From Antedon mediterranea (taxonomy: Eukaryota; Animalia; Echinodermata), in NCBI RefSeq assembly GCF_964355755.1, contig NC_092676.1, positions 28,042,871 to 28,106,870 of the forward strand: DNA of 64,000 bases, in the 5' to 3' direction. This document shows positions 55,301 to 64,000 of this stretch, one piece after another. Below the pieces are notes generated by a model. That model was not told where the DNA came from, searched no databases, and saw only the letters and a program-made list of their open reading frames with translations. Position 1 is the first letter of the stretch, and every line of letters starts with the position of its first letter. The position numbers and the translations under genes were made by a program.

Positions 55301-58300
55301 TCCTTGACTGTGGATAATGCCAGGCTCAGCCATTGGACGCGTCTGTAAACGATCTCTTTGAAGGTGAGCCGTCTCGGGACGACATAACAATGACTGACTC
55401 GATTGCTTTGGGCAGTAATGTGCCACTATCGGTTAAAAATAAAATATGGGCAAATGGATACATTGACCTCAGGACTCTGATCAATAACGACAATGATGAA
55501 TGCTATACCAGCGAACGCGAATTCTTTGCTTTACGCCTAGATGCAAGTTTGTACGATGTCAAGTATTATTCACGCGGAGCATTGTCGTCATTTCGTCATA
55601 AAAATACATTAATGTACTTTTAACATGAACAAGTCGCGTGCGCAAATGAAGTTTATCATAGGCCAGCTATCCATGCCGATTGCATATATCTTAATCCACT
55701 CTCGATTCTTCTAATATGTTAAGAACACTAATAATAATTGGTATTTCAATACCAATTTCCCGACGTCATAGTAACGTATTATTATATCTGACAAAAACTT
55801 GAGAATGACAATAGTTAACCAAATGGCGTTGCTTAGCATCGCAATAAACACGTATATTCTAACCATTTTAACATAATTATGTATCTATATTGTAAACTTA
55901 TAATATTGAATACAAAATGACAGCCAGCTGTCAAACTAGAAAGATCGATTTTTGTTATCAATTTAAAGGTGTATTGTCGTCCTGAAAAAGAATAATTACT
56001 GAAAAAGTTGCTGGTGAATAGGCCATTTTAATGTCACATAGTTGGTTTGTATCTTACTGAAAATGTCTGTTGTTGTCAAACTAGAAAGATCGATTTAATT
56101 ATCAATTTAAAGGTGTCTTGTCGTAAAAGAATAATTACTGAACAACCATTTTAATGTCAATAATAGTTAGTTAATTTGATTTATCCTTTTTTCATGTTTT
56201 GAAGAACAATACAATTTTAATGTTTAATATCTTTGATATTATATTGGAGGGAAATATTTTATAATATGGAATTTCTTTTAGGAAAATATTTCTTGTGGTA
56301 GAGTTTTACTTTTACAATTGAAAATCAAATATAGAGTGACAAAAAAATCACGAAAAACAGGGCGACGGTTTAAAGCAACACAACTCTATGGAGCGCCAAC
56401 GCAGCAAAAGTATCATGCTAAAATAGTGTAACTTTTAAAATACACCTCTAATTTCATAAAAAGCACAGCGTAATTGTTAAAATACAAGTGTAAATTTTAA
56501 AATAACAGAGAAGTAGTAACATGCAATTGAATATTATAGCCAAACATGTGAGCATCTTTTATAATGATAACTTACAATAATATTTACTCTGGTACTAATA
56601 ACTAAACACATTTTAGAATGTGAATTACAAACAACATGAAAATATGATCTCGGAAATATACCCATTTTTAAAAGCATTGTTGAAACTATAAACTAAGTTT
56701 TTAATTAGTTGTTTTGTTTTACCTTCTTTAATGGGCCGTCGACCGCGGATAATTCTCGTTTCGTCTATGGATCCACCGGGTTCTCTATGGGTCGTGGGCT
56801 GTTGGGTTGTTCGCCGTCCGCCTCCAGTTTCGTCTTTGGAACCATCATGGCCGGGCTGTTTTGTTGTTCGCCGTCCGCCTCCAATTTCGTCTTTGGATCC
56901 ACCGTGTTCTCTTTGGGTGGGCTGTTGTGTTGTTGACTGTCCGCGTCTTATAGTTTCGTCTTTGGAGCCACCGTGTTCTCTATCATGAGTGGGCTGTTGT
57001 GTTGTTTGCCGACCACCTTGAGTTTCGTCTTTGGAACCATCATGGGTGGGCTGTTGTGTTGTTCGCCGTTGGCCTCCAGTTTCGTCTTTCAAGCCTTCGT
57101 GTTCTCTGTCATGGGCAGGCTGTTCTGTTTGTCGGCCGTCCTCGTCACTTTCCTCATCTTTCATACCTTCATCTTTGCCGCCAGTACTATCATCCACAGC
57201 TCGTGTTGTTGGCAGACGATCCGCGGGACTAGGATCTTTAGACTTCACAAATATAATATTTATCCAGATGACAAGGCAACATACACACGCTACCTTGAAA
57301 TTTGAGATAGGCATTATTCCTAATAATAAATAGGCCTACATACAGTACAAGAACGAGCATCCGCGATAACGGTTGCCTAATATTTGACTGCCGATATAGC
57401 AAATAAATTGCATCACTAAAAACCGAAATGTATGCCTTTTTTGATTGGTTAACTATACATAATAATACGCCAAAGCAGCCAATCACAATTATACTTTGTT
57501 GTCAATTATTTATAAATGTATTCTTTAGTTAAAAAACGATCTATATATCTTTGTAATTGATGTAATGATTGTTATAACGTTACATAGTTCTATTTAAACG
57601 TAATGAATGCATAAGGTAACATTACCTCCACCAATGAGGTAATGTTTGCGTGTGTATTTTTGTCAGAATAACGTCAAAACTAAAGCGTGGTTCCCAGCGA
57701 CGCAACTTAACGCAATCTACGCAACGTAAGCAAATGCCTTTCTAAAAGGCGTGGTTCCCACTAGGACGTAACGCAAGGACGTAAACGCAACGCAAGCGTG
57801 TTGACCAATAACAAGCGACAGTTCGAACAATCCATCGCTCGTGATTGGTCAAATCACTTACGTTGCGTTACGTCCTTGTGTTGCGTCTCTAGTGGAAACC
57901 AAGCATAAAGCTTATTTCCCACTAGAACGTAACGCAAGGACGTAAACGCAACGCAAGTGTTTTAACCAATGACAAGCAAAGTTATAGACAGTTAGCAATC
58001 ACAAGCGAATAAGCCATCGCTTGTGATTGGTCAATTCACTTGCGTTGCGTTACGTCCTTGCGTTGCGTCGCTAGTAGGAACCACGCTTAATAATTGTGTT
58101 TGCCCCGGCATGCGTCGGTTCCCACTTGTGATTACGCAATACAGCACTTTGCATCGTTACGTTCTTGTGGGAACCACGCTTAAAAGACGGATCAACTACA
58201 AATAGATATGGTCACGGAAGATTCTATTGAATGTTGGAGGCAATGATATAACAATAAACAAAATATATTACATTAGGCAAACCCTATTTGATTTTGGCCT

Positions 58301-60637
58301 ACACATTAGTTCGGTATTTCAAACAATAAATTTAAAAACGGAGCTTAATATTTTTTTATTTTGGAGGAGGTCAGTATATGTAATCTCCCATTGCTTGTTG
58401 TATCTATTATTATCAATAGAATAATTACTAATAATTATTGGTAAAATCAATAAATATTGTATCATAAATAACGACAACCTGATACGACACGTATGATGAC
58501 GTCACTAAGTTATTATTTCTTAAATAATTTATTAAAAAACCTAGTATATAGTTAATTCAATGGGTTCGCACTTACCCGATATTTGCCTTTCTGTAGGATT
58601 TCTTCCACCAATTGATGGGCGTCCTCTCGACGGTGGGGTATCGCCATCGCTTCCACTGTTGCCAGATTGACCACCGGGTTGACCACCTGATGAGCCTCCG
58701 CCACCAGGTTGACCACCTGTTGAGCCTCCGCCACCAGGTTGACGATCTGTTGAGCCTCCGCCACCGGGTTGGCCATCTGTTGAGCCTCCGCCACCGGGTT
58801 GACCACCTGTTGAGCCTCCGCCACCAGGTTGACCACCTGTTGAGCCACCGCCACCAGGTTGACCACCTGTTGAGCCTCCGCCACCAGGTTGACCTCCTGT
58901 TGAGCCTCCGCCACCAGGTTGACGATCTGTTGAGCCTCCGCCACCGGGTTGGCCACCTGTTGAGCCTCCGCCACCAGGTTGACCTCCTGTTGAGCCCCCG
59001 CCACCAGGTTGGCCACCTGTTGAGCCTCCACCGCCAGGTTGACCACCCGATGAGCCTCCGCCACCAGGTTGACGATCTGTTGTGCCTCCGCCACCGGGTT
59101 GGCCACCTGTTGAGCCCTCACCGCCAGGTTGACCACCTGTTGAGCCTCCACCGCCAGGTTGACCACCCGATGAGCCTTCGCCACCAGGTTGACGATCTGT
59201 TGAGCCTCCGGCACCGGGTTGGCCACCTGTTGAGCCCCCACCGCCAGGTTGACCACCCGATGAGCCTCCGCCACCAGGTTGACGATCTGTTGAGCCTCCG
59301 CCGCCGGGTTGACCACCTGTTGAGCCTCCGCCACCGGGTTGACCAGCTGTTGAGCCTCCGCCACCAGGTTGACTACCTGTTGAGCCTCCGCCACCAGGTT
59401 GACCACCTGTTAAGCCTCCGCCACCAGGTTGACCACCTGTTGAGCCTCCGCCACCAGGTTGACGATCTGTTGAGCCTCCGCCACCAGGTTGACGATCTGT
59501 TGAGCCTCCGCCACCGGGTTGGCCACCTGTTGAGCCTCCACCGCCAGGTTGACCACCCGATGAGCCTCCACCACCAGGTTGGCCACCTGTTGAGCCTCCG
59601 CCGCCAGGTTGACGATCTGTTGAATCTCCGCCACCAGGTTGACGATCTGTTGAGCCACCGGGTTGGCCACCCGTTGAGCCTCCACCGCCAGGTTGACCAC
59701 CCGATGAGCCTCCGCCACCAGGTTGGCCACCTGTTGAGCCTCCGCCGCCAGGTTGACGATCTGTTGAATCTCCGCCACCATGTTGACGATCTGTTGAACC
59801 TCCGCCACCGGGTTGACGATCTGTTGAGCCTCCGCCACCGGGTTGGCCACCTGTTGAGCCTCCGCCACCAGGTTGGCCACCTGTTGAGCCTCCGCCACCA
59901 GGTTGACGATCTGTTGAGCCTCCGCCGCCGGGTTGACCACCTGTTGAACCTCCATCAGCTCTTCTATCGTCACCACTTGATGGGCCTTGGCCATCAGGTT
60001 GTCCACCACTACTCCGATCACCATCAGTTTCCCTATCCGAGGATCCTGCAAATAAAGGAATTATATGATACTAACAATTATTTTAAGATATTCGGTCTTT
60101 TAAATACAATGTAAACCAGGAGAATGCTTTAACACAAATCATGATTGTGACTATGTTAGTAATGATAGCAGTAGTGATCATGATTGTGACTATGTTAGTA
60201 GTGATAGCAGTAATGATCATGATTGTGACTATGTTAGTAATGATAGCAGTAATGATCATGATTGTGACTATGTTAGTAATGATAGCAGTAATGATCATGA
60301 TTGTGACTATGTTAGTAATGATAGCAGTAATGATCATGATTGTGACTATGTTATTAATGATAGCAGTAATGATCATGATTGTGACTATGTTAGTAATGAT
60401 AGCAGTAATGATCATGATTGTGACTATGTTAGTAATGATAGCAGTAATGATCTACCGTATCGAACCAGAATAACAAGTTGTGTTGATGATATATACAATA
60501 TACTAAGACGTCATGAAAAAAATATTTTATAAAATTCAGTTTTACGTACCTGGTGCTTGTCCTACTATTAGCGTTGAGCAGAAACAAATAAAAAGAATAA
60601 AAAATCCAAGACGAACAGACATATTTAACTCCATCAT
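37361..60637 (-). CDS. REJ-domain/GPS single-pass membrane receptor (PKD1/suREJ-like), ~2080 aa in the long isoform
   Basis: Phase-consistent GT-AG exons: 60637-60550 (signal peptide), 60045-58576 (Gly repeat), 54352-54125, 53894-53721, 53247-53106, 52003-51898 (Cys repeats), 50912-50723, 50610-50530, 50117-49974, 49560-49309 (IPT/TIG-like, ITIHGAGF), 48835-48668, 48376-48092, 47977-47770, 47404-47011 (LDGSGSKDPD..YTWTC, REJ hallmark), 46386-46174, 44835-44703, 44459-44358, 43627-43476, 42299-42129, 41737-41614 (or 41596), 41472-41227, 40758-40590, 39923-39744, 39315-39158, 38387-37974 (GPS CMATHL|TEF), 37711-37619 and 37521-37361 (TM, tail, stop). Confidence 0.88.
37974..38150 (-). repeat. 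Coding 15-bp repeat encoding a (GGGT[V/A])n linker
   Basis: About 12 copies of GGAGGAGGAACAG(T/C)C directly after the GPS motif. Confidence 0.9.
38428..38765. repeat. 24-bp intronic minisatellite
   Basis: About 14 copies of ACGGTACTCTGCCATAATGTCAGT in the intron upstream of the GPS exon. Confidence 0.95.
42831..43311. mobile_element. Composite of MITE family B copies
   Basis: Two adjacent AGCGTGGTTCCCACTAG...CTAGTG(A/G)GAA units. Confidence 0.8.
44130..44330 (+). mobile_element. RTE-clade LINE 3' fragment
   Basis: The degenerate frames read RKRDRPHSRWRDKL and then AWPRLAKDNW...EEAFA*.WDDMG*, matching the RTE ORF C-terminal RGRPxxRWxD...W..A.DR..W...EA pattern. Confidence 0.6.
45132..45878. 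mobile_element. Non-autonomous TIR element inserted into a family B MITE
   Basis: TIRs AGCCTGTTTTCCTGTCGACGTTA / TAACGTCGACAGGAAAACAGGCT, with an extra internal right end near 45745. The host family B halves lie at ~45054-45130 and ~45880-45941. Confidence 0.75.
46485..46663. mobile_element. MITE family B (AGCGTGGTTCCCACTAGCGACGCAAC TIR), PIF/Harbinger-type
   Basis: Near-palindromic ~180-bp element with a TTA/TTA target duplication. Other copies at 42831-43311, 43805-44026, 46734-46923, 51180-51358, 51659-51855, 53465-53643, 57684-58180 (nested) and partial ~38890-39014. Confidence 0.88.
48980..49127. mobile_element. Short CAGTGGCGT-TIR non-autonomous element (hAT-like); related copy at ~39343-39534
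   Basis: CAGTGGCGT...ACGCCACTG ends and shared internal GGCCCCAGAGCT/GGGCC motifs. No clean TSD is visible. Confidence 0.55.
49722..49870. mobile_element. PIF/Harbinger MITE related to 3582-3976
   Basis: TIRs GGCTAATTTACACAGACGAGCGGTAACGGTAA / TTACCGTTATCGCTCGTCTGTGTAAATTGGCC with TAA flanks. Confidence 0.8.
52370..52960. mobile_element. Foldback-like element with inverted arrays of subterminal repeats
   Basis: Left arm has GGACAACTACC repeats (52380-52575) and right arm has GGTAGTTGTCC repeats (52710-52945) around an AT-rich spacer. It abuts a truncated family A MITE. Confidence 0.7.
55180..55622 (+). mobile_element. Degenerate DIRS/Ngaro-like retrotransposon fragment (gag-like)
   Basis: Peptide LGSNVPLSVKNKIWANGYIDLRTLI resembles the KxKIWxxEYIDL motif of invertebrate tyrosine-recombinase retroelement ORF1 (from memory). 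It is bounded by the direct repeat CGTCATAAAAATACATTAATGTA at 55180 and 55594. Confidence 0.5.
56723..57314 (-). CDS. Alternative first (or cassette) coding exon of the REJ gene: signal-peptide-like start plus charged Thr/Gln repeats
   Basis: MPISNFKVACVCCLVIWINIIFVKS-KD is followed by imperfect GGSKDETGGGRRTTQQPTHD repeats. The phase 1 donor G|GTAAAA at 56722 is compatible with the acceptor at 54352. CCAAT boxes lie upstream at ~57443 and ~57479. Confidence 0.7.
57684..58180. mobile_element. Nested cluster of MITE family B copies
   Basis: An outer copy is interrupted by two complete inner copies (~57747-57905 and ~57908-58087). Confidence 0.8.
58670..59960 (-). repeat. Coding 30-bp tandem repeat (~43 units) encoding GGQPGGGGST/DRQPGGGGST
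   Basis: The unit GGTGGTCAACCTGGTGGCGGAGGCTCAACA lies within the 1470-nt phase 1-1 exon 60045-58576. Confidence 0.93.
60138..60451. repeat. 39-bp intronic minisatellite
   Basis: About 8 copies of ATCATGATTGTGACTATGTTAGTAATGATAGCAGTAATG between the signal-peptide exon and the Gly-repeat exon. Confidence 0.95.
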
Positions 60638-61239
60638 CTGTATATGAAATAAACATAATATATTACTTGGTTGGGGAGAGAGAGACACACACACAGTAAA
60701 ATATTACCCAACATATTCATCAATATTAATTGAATAAGTGTCTAATATAGATGTGTATTGATCAGTTTTAAACATTATTAATACCTATACAAACCAATCG
60801 ATCGAAACATTGTTTGTGCTCAGATAGTGAGAAGGAAAGTTGAAGTCAGGCGTGTGGTCACGAGGAAGAGAGATTCCAACAATCTTGCCTGGTGGCATGG
60901 TGTTCGATTAGTAAAGCGGAAGTAAGTATAAACTTCACGTATCAATGACTATGTTGTTTGTAAAAGGCGTAGGCTGTGTGCACAGGGAGGTGTCAATCTT
61001 AGAGAGGTGGAAGTTTTAGGAAATTGTTGGGGAGGAAGCAAGGCCTAATTTAGCCCGAAAAAACACATACATTTAAAACTTTACAAATATTCACGCCCTT
61101 TCACATCGCCACTATATTGAGAATTTTCAAAATTGACTGGTAACGGACCATAAATTAAAAACTTTACAAACATTTTTAAAAGGTCTCGTGTATAGTGAAA
61201 TAAACAGTACTGGTTTCCTTAACAACGTAATGAATTGTT

Positions 61240-62250
61240 TTCATTTCATTTATTTCGTCTTTTAATAAAAATCACAAGGTACATAGCACTTTCAAAAAGT
61301 GAAACAAAACTGACTATCGAGTGACTCTCCGACTCTCTAAAGTGTAAAAATGAAATAAACTTAAATACAGAAAAAGTAACAGAAATATATACAACAGTTT
61401 AAAATAACATTTCACATTTCATTGAGTTCAGACAGGTATTTGAAGCAAGTTTTTCTTAAATGAATATATAAATGATGACAGGGAAAAAACTAGATTATCT
61501 TTAACATTTGGAGGCAAGTTTTTGAACAGACATAGAATTAAATGAGTCAAAACAATTATAATGAGCAGAATTTGTTCTTGAAATACTATGGACAAATAGG
61601 CCTACTACAGAAAGGTGTCGCAAATTAATATAGAGTAATGTACCCCTCTATTGAAATATCAATTTTCTTGTATAACATCTTAGCTATAAAAGTAATTCCC
61701 ATAAAACAAAATCTATTTTAAAGGCTTATCATACCAAGACGCTGAAGACGGATTTCATAAGGAACAGTTAAATAATTATTTTGTAACGTGGGCCTAGGAA
61801 AACGTAACGTGGGCCTAGGAAAACATAATCTGGTGAACCTACGCTGACTTTTTTTTCAAAATCCTTGACATATTGCATGGAGGGTTTAAAAACACAACAT
61901 ACAGGAACTCCTTGTTCTAGAACTGGACGAACAAGACTATAGTTAACAATAAGTTTAGGATTTCCACATCCAACTGTTCTGATTATGAAACCTATCTTTT
62001 TCGATGCTTTATTACTCTTGTTCGAAATACATGAGACCTCAAGTTTAGATGACAGGGTGACTCCAAGATACTTTAATTCAAAAGTTTCATCAACGGTATC
62101 CGAGCCAATATTATACGGTAGGCCTATTGTGTTTAAAACTTTATTTTTACTCCTAGTTACCCTAATAATTTTACACTTGTTCACATATAATTTCATTCTA
62201 CATACATCGTTAGGCGATCTAATGATAAACTGTGTGTTTAACACAAAAGG
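61240..62250 (-). mobile_element. 5'-truncated CR1/L2-group LINE remnant
   Basis: ORF 61768-62301 contains MKLYVNKCKII..KYLGVTLSSKL..NKASKKIGFIIR..YSLVRPVLE, typical of the region C-terminal to the RT domain. An AATAAA(TGAAA)n tail lies near 61240. Confidence 0.8.
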
Positions 62251-62374
62251 ACTCTGGAAATCATTGCATTGTTCACTGTATGTATACAGTAAACAATGCA
62301 ATGATTTCTATTCGAGTATATAATCTGCCATGGACAGATTAAACAATGTAAAATATCAGTTAAGTTTGACTTAC

Positions 62375-62460
62375 CTGAAGTGTTGTTAACCAAACGGTCT
62401 CCACTCTGGAACTAGATGACAAGATATAATGACATATGATATGATATTCTGAAGAGTAAT
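62375..62460 (-). other. Probable 5' UTR exon of the REJ gene
   Basis: Strong CAG|GTAAGT donor at 62374. The signal-peptide exon begins directly after an acceptor (TATACAG|ATG at 60637), which implies an upstream non-coding exon. The 5' end is approximate. Confidence 0.45.
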
Positions 62461-62769
62461 TTATGAACAATAGAATACAAGTAGGCAATCAATTATTGGC
62501 TGCATGCCATCGATTCGCATAACAATAAACTTGTTCATTATGCATCAGTTATGTGGTGTGGAAAAATAGTCTAAATAATTTCAACACACGTTTATAAAAC
62601 AGAATTGGAAAATGCAGTATAGGATTTGAATAACTTTTCTATAAGTTGAAAATTGAAGTTATAGCCGAACACATTATATTCGACGGACAGTAGCAGAGTT
62701 AGAGAATTGGTTATTTTGAATTTAAAACATTAATTTCAAATTTGATGATTTTTAAAATTAAAATTAGAA

Positions 62770-62950
62770 TAGTATTGTCTCGCTCGCTCCACACGCGTAC
62801 CACCACCTCTTTCCAACTAAAAATCAAAAAGTAATAATTCGAGAGCAAAATAGAGGGGGCTATACAATCAAGAAGTGCGCATGCGATGTGAAAAACGTAA
62901 ACAAACTATTTTTTTTTACGTTGTACAAAAGGTCGTCAACATCTTGGGCC
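62770..62950. promoter_or_regulatory. Putative divergent promoter between the REJ gene and the right-edge gene
   Basis: CpG-richer patch with an NRF1-like TGCGCATGCG at ~62876 between head-to-head transcription units. Confidence 0.45.
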
Positions 62951-63616
62951 TTCTTTTGTTAATTTCTGTGGTATAATTTAAACTCAAGTTTGTTTATCCG
63001 TTTTTTCATACATACTGCATTCTTCATAGATAAAAAATTCACGATTTAATTGTTTTGGTAGATATAAATTGAGCCTAGCCCTCCTCCTAGCTAGGCTACT
63101 ACTAGCCTACTAGGCTAGGCCAAGAAGGCATCTAATAGTAGGAGGCCGCCTCTACTCGCTGCCTCCCTACTACAAACAATACTAGTTACTACTACTACTA
63201 GGCTAGACTACTGACTGTAGCTAGTGTAGCCTAGTCAGGCTATAGGCTATAATAGTAGAATACTGTAGAGGAAGATCAAACAATCTAATAATACAAATTC
63301 TCAATGAAAGGCAAGAGTTTAAAATTCACCGCTGTCACGATTTCTTTAATTAAAATTAAAGATTAGAAAGAAAGAAAGAATATTTGATAGGCATAGAGTA
63401 CTTACATGTTTTTACTTATAATGGTATTTCAATTGTTGTACAGTATGATCTCTATTATGCATTATGTAGTTAGAGCATGGAGTTAATTAACTAATTAACT
63501 ATTGTTTTTTTTTATAGAACAATTTGAAACTATATAAAACGGCGCCAGAAAATCACTACCAGTCAGTACAGTACTGTAGTAGGCATACTTTTTATTTGTT
63601 TGGCTCCATCCAGAAT

Positions 63617-64000
63617 ATGTCTGACAATCTAGAAGTAACTAATGTCGTCCAATCCGATGAAGTCCAAACTAAAGGAGATAATGACAACCAAACTGAAATC
63701 AATCGTTTCGATGAAATACCAGCCGCAGAATCACCAGCCGCAGAATTACCAGCTGCAGAATCACCAAAAGAAGGTATTGAGTTAGAAAAAGAAAATTTAA
63801 ACAAGGAAGCTGTGACATCTGACAACATTGGTGACAAAAATGACAAGGAGAATAATTCAAAAAAAGAAAGCACAGTTTTGTCGTCTGATTGTAAGTTAAA
63901 GCATACAATGGTCTGTACCATTTTAAATAATTCAACAAAATACATCAATTGCAACCATCAATCTTTCCCTATTCAGGGAATTTATTCATGGAGTCGTTGG
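63617..64000 (+). CDS. 5' part of a gene encoding an acidic, low-complexity N-terminus (runs off the window)
   Basis: After a TCCATCCAG acceptor, ATG at 63617 reads MSDNLEVTNVVQSDEVQTKGDND...PAAESPAAELPAAESP... to a T|GTAAGT donor at 63890/63891. An acceptor at 63976 resumes in phase as WNLFMESL. The family cannot be identified from this fragment. Confidence 0.65.
   Translation, partial: MSDNLEVTNVVQSDEVQTKGDNDNQTEINRFDEIPAAESPAAELPAAESPKEGIELEKENLNKEAVTSDNIGDKNDKENNSKKESTVLSSDCKLKHTMVCTILNNSTKYINCNHQSFPIQGIYSWSRW

Noticed and set aside
58612-60114. 500-aa plus-strand ORF and the minus-strand VNLVAEAQQ ORFs
   Set aside because: These are shadow frames of the 30-bp repeat. Splice phases place the exon in the Gly-rich minus frame.
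60083-60473. Hydrophobic repeat ORFs on both strands
   Set aside because: They translate a 39-bp intronic minisatellite.

Overview
AT-rich, intron-containing animal genomic DNA, probably a marine invertebrate (echinoderm-like, inferred only from composition). Most entries in the supplied ORF track are spurious, so gene models were built by hand from GT-AG sites and exon phases. (1) 1-21 kb is a gene-poor regulatory interval holding only the first coding exon (minus, 12902-13040) of an eh1/octapeptide (YSIDGILG) transcription factor, probably a homeobox gene continuing left of the window. (2) Two RING E3 ligase genes lie head-to-head: an RNF38/44/111-like RING-H2 gene (minus, 21651-26454) and RNF141 (plus, 27557-29516). 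(3) A small mucin-like type I membrane protein gene (plus, 32751-35838) has a tandemly duplicated exon. (4) A ~27-exon REJ/GPS (PKD1/suREJ-like) single-pass receptor (minus, 37361-60637) has two candidate alternative N-termini, Cys-rich repeats, IPT-like domains, a furin site, a Cys-poor GPS and a long Gly linker. (5) An acidic protein gene starts at the right edge. Mobile DNA includes many PIF/Harbinger-type MITEs, LINE, SINE, DIRS-like and Penelope-like remnants, minisatellites, and ultra-short palindromes with 7-bp target duplications that resemble P-superfamily excision footprints.
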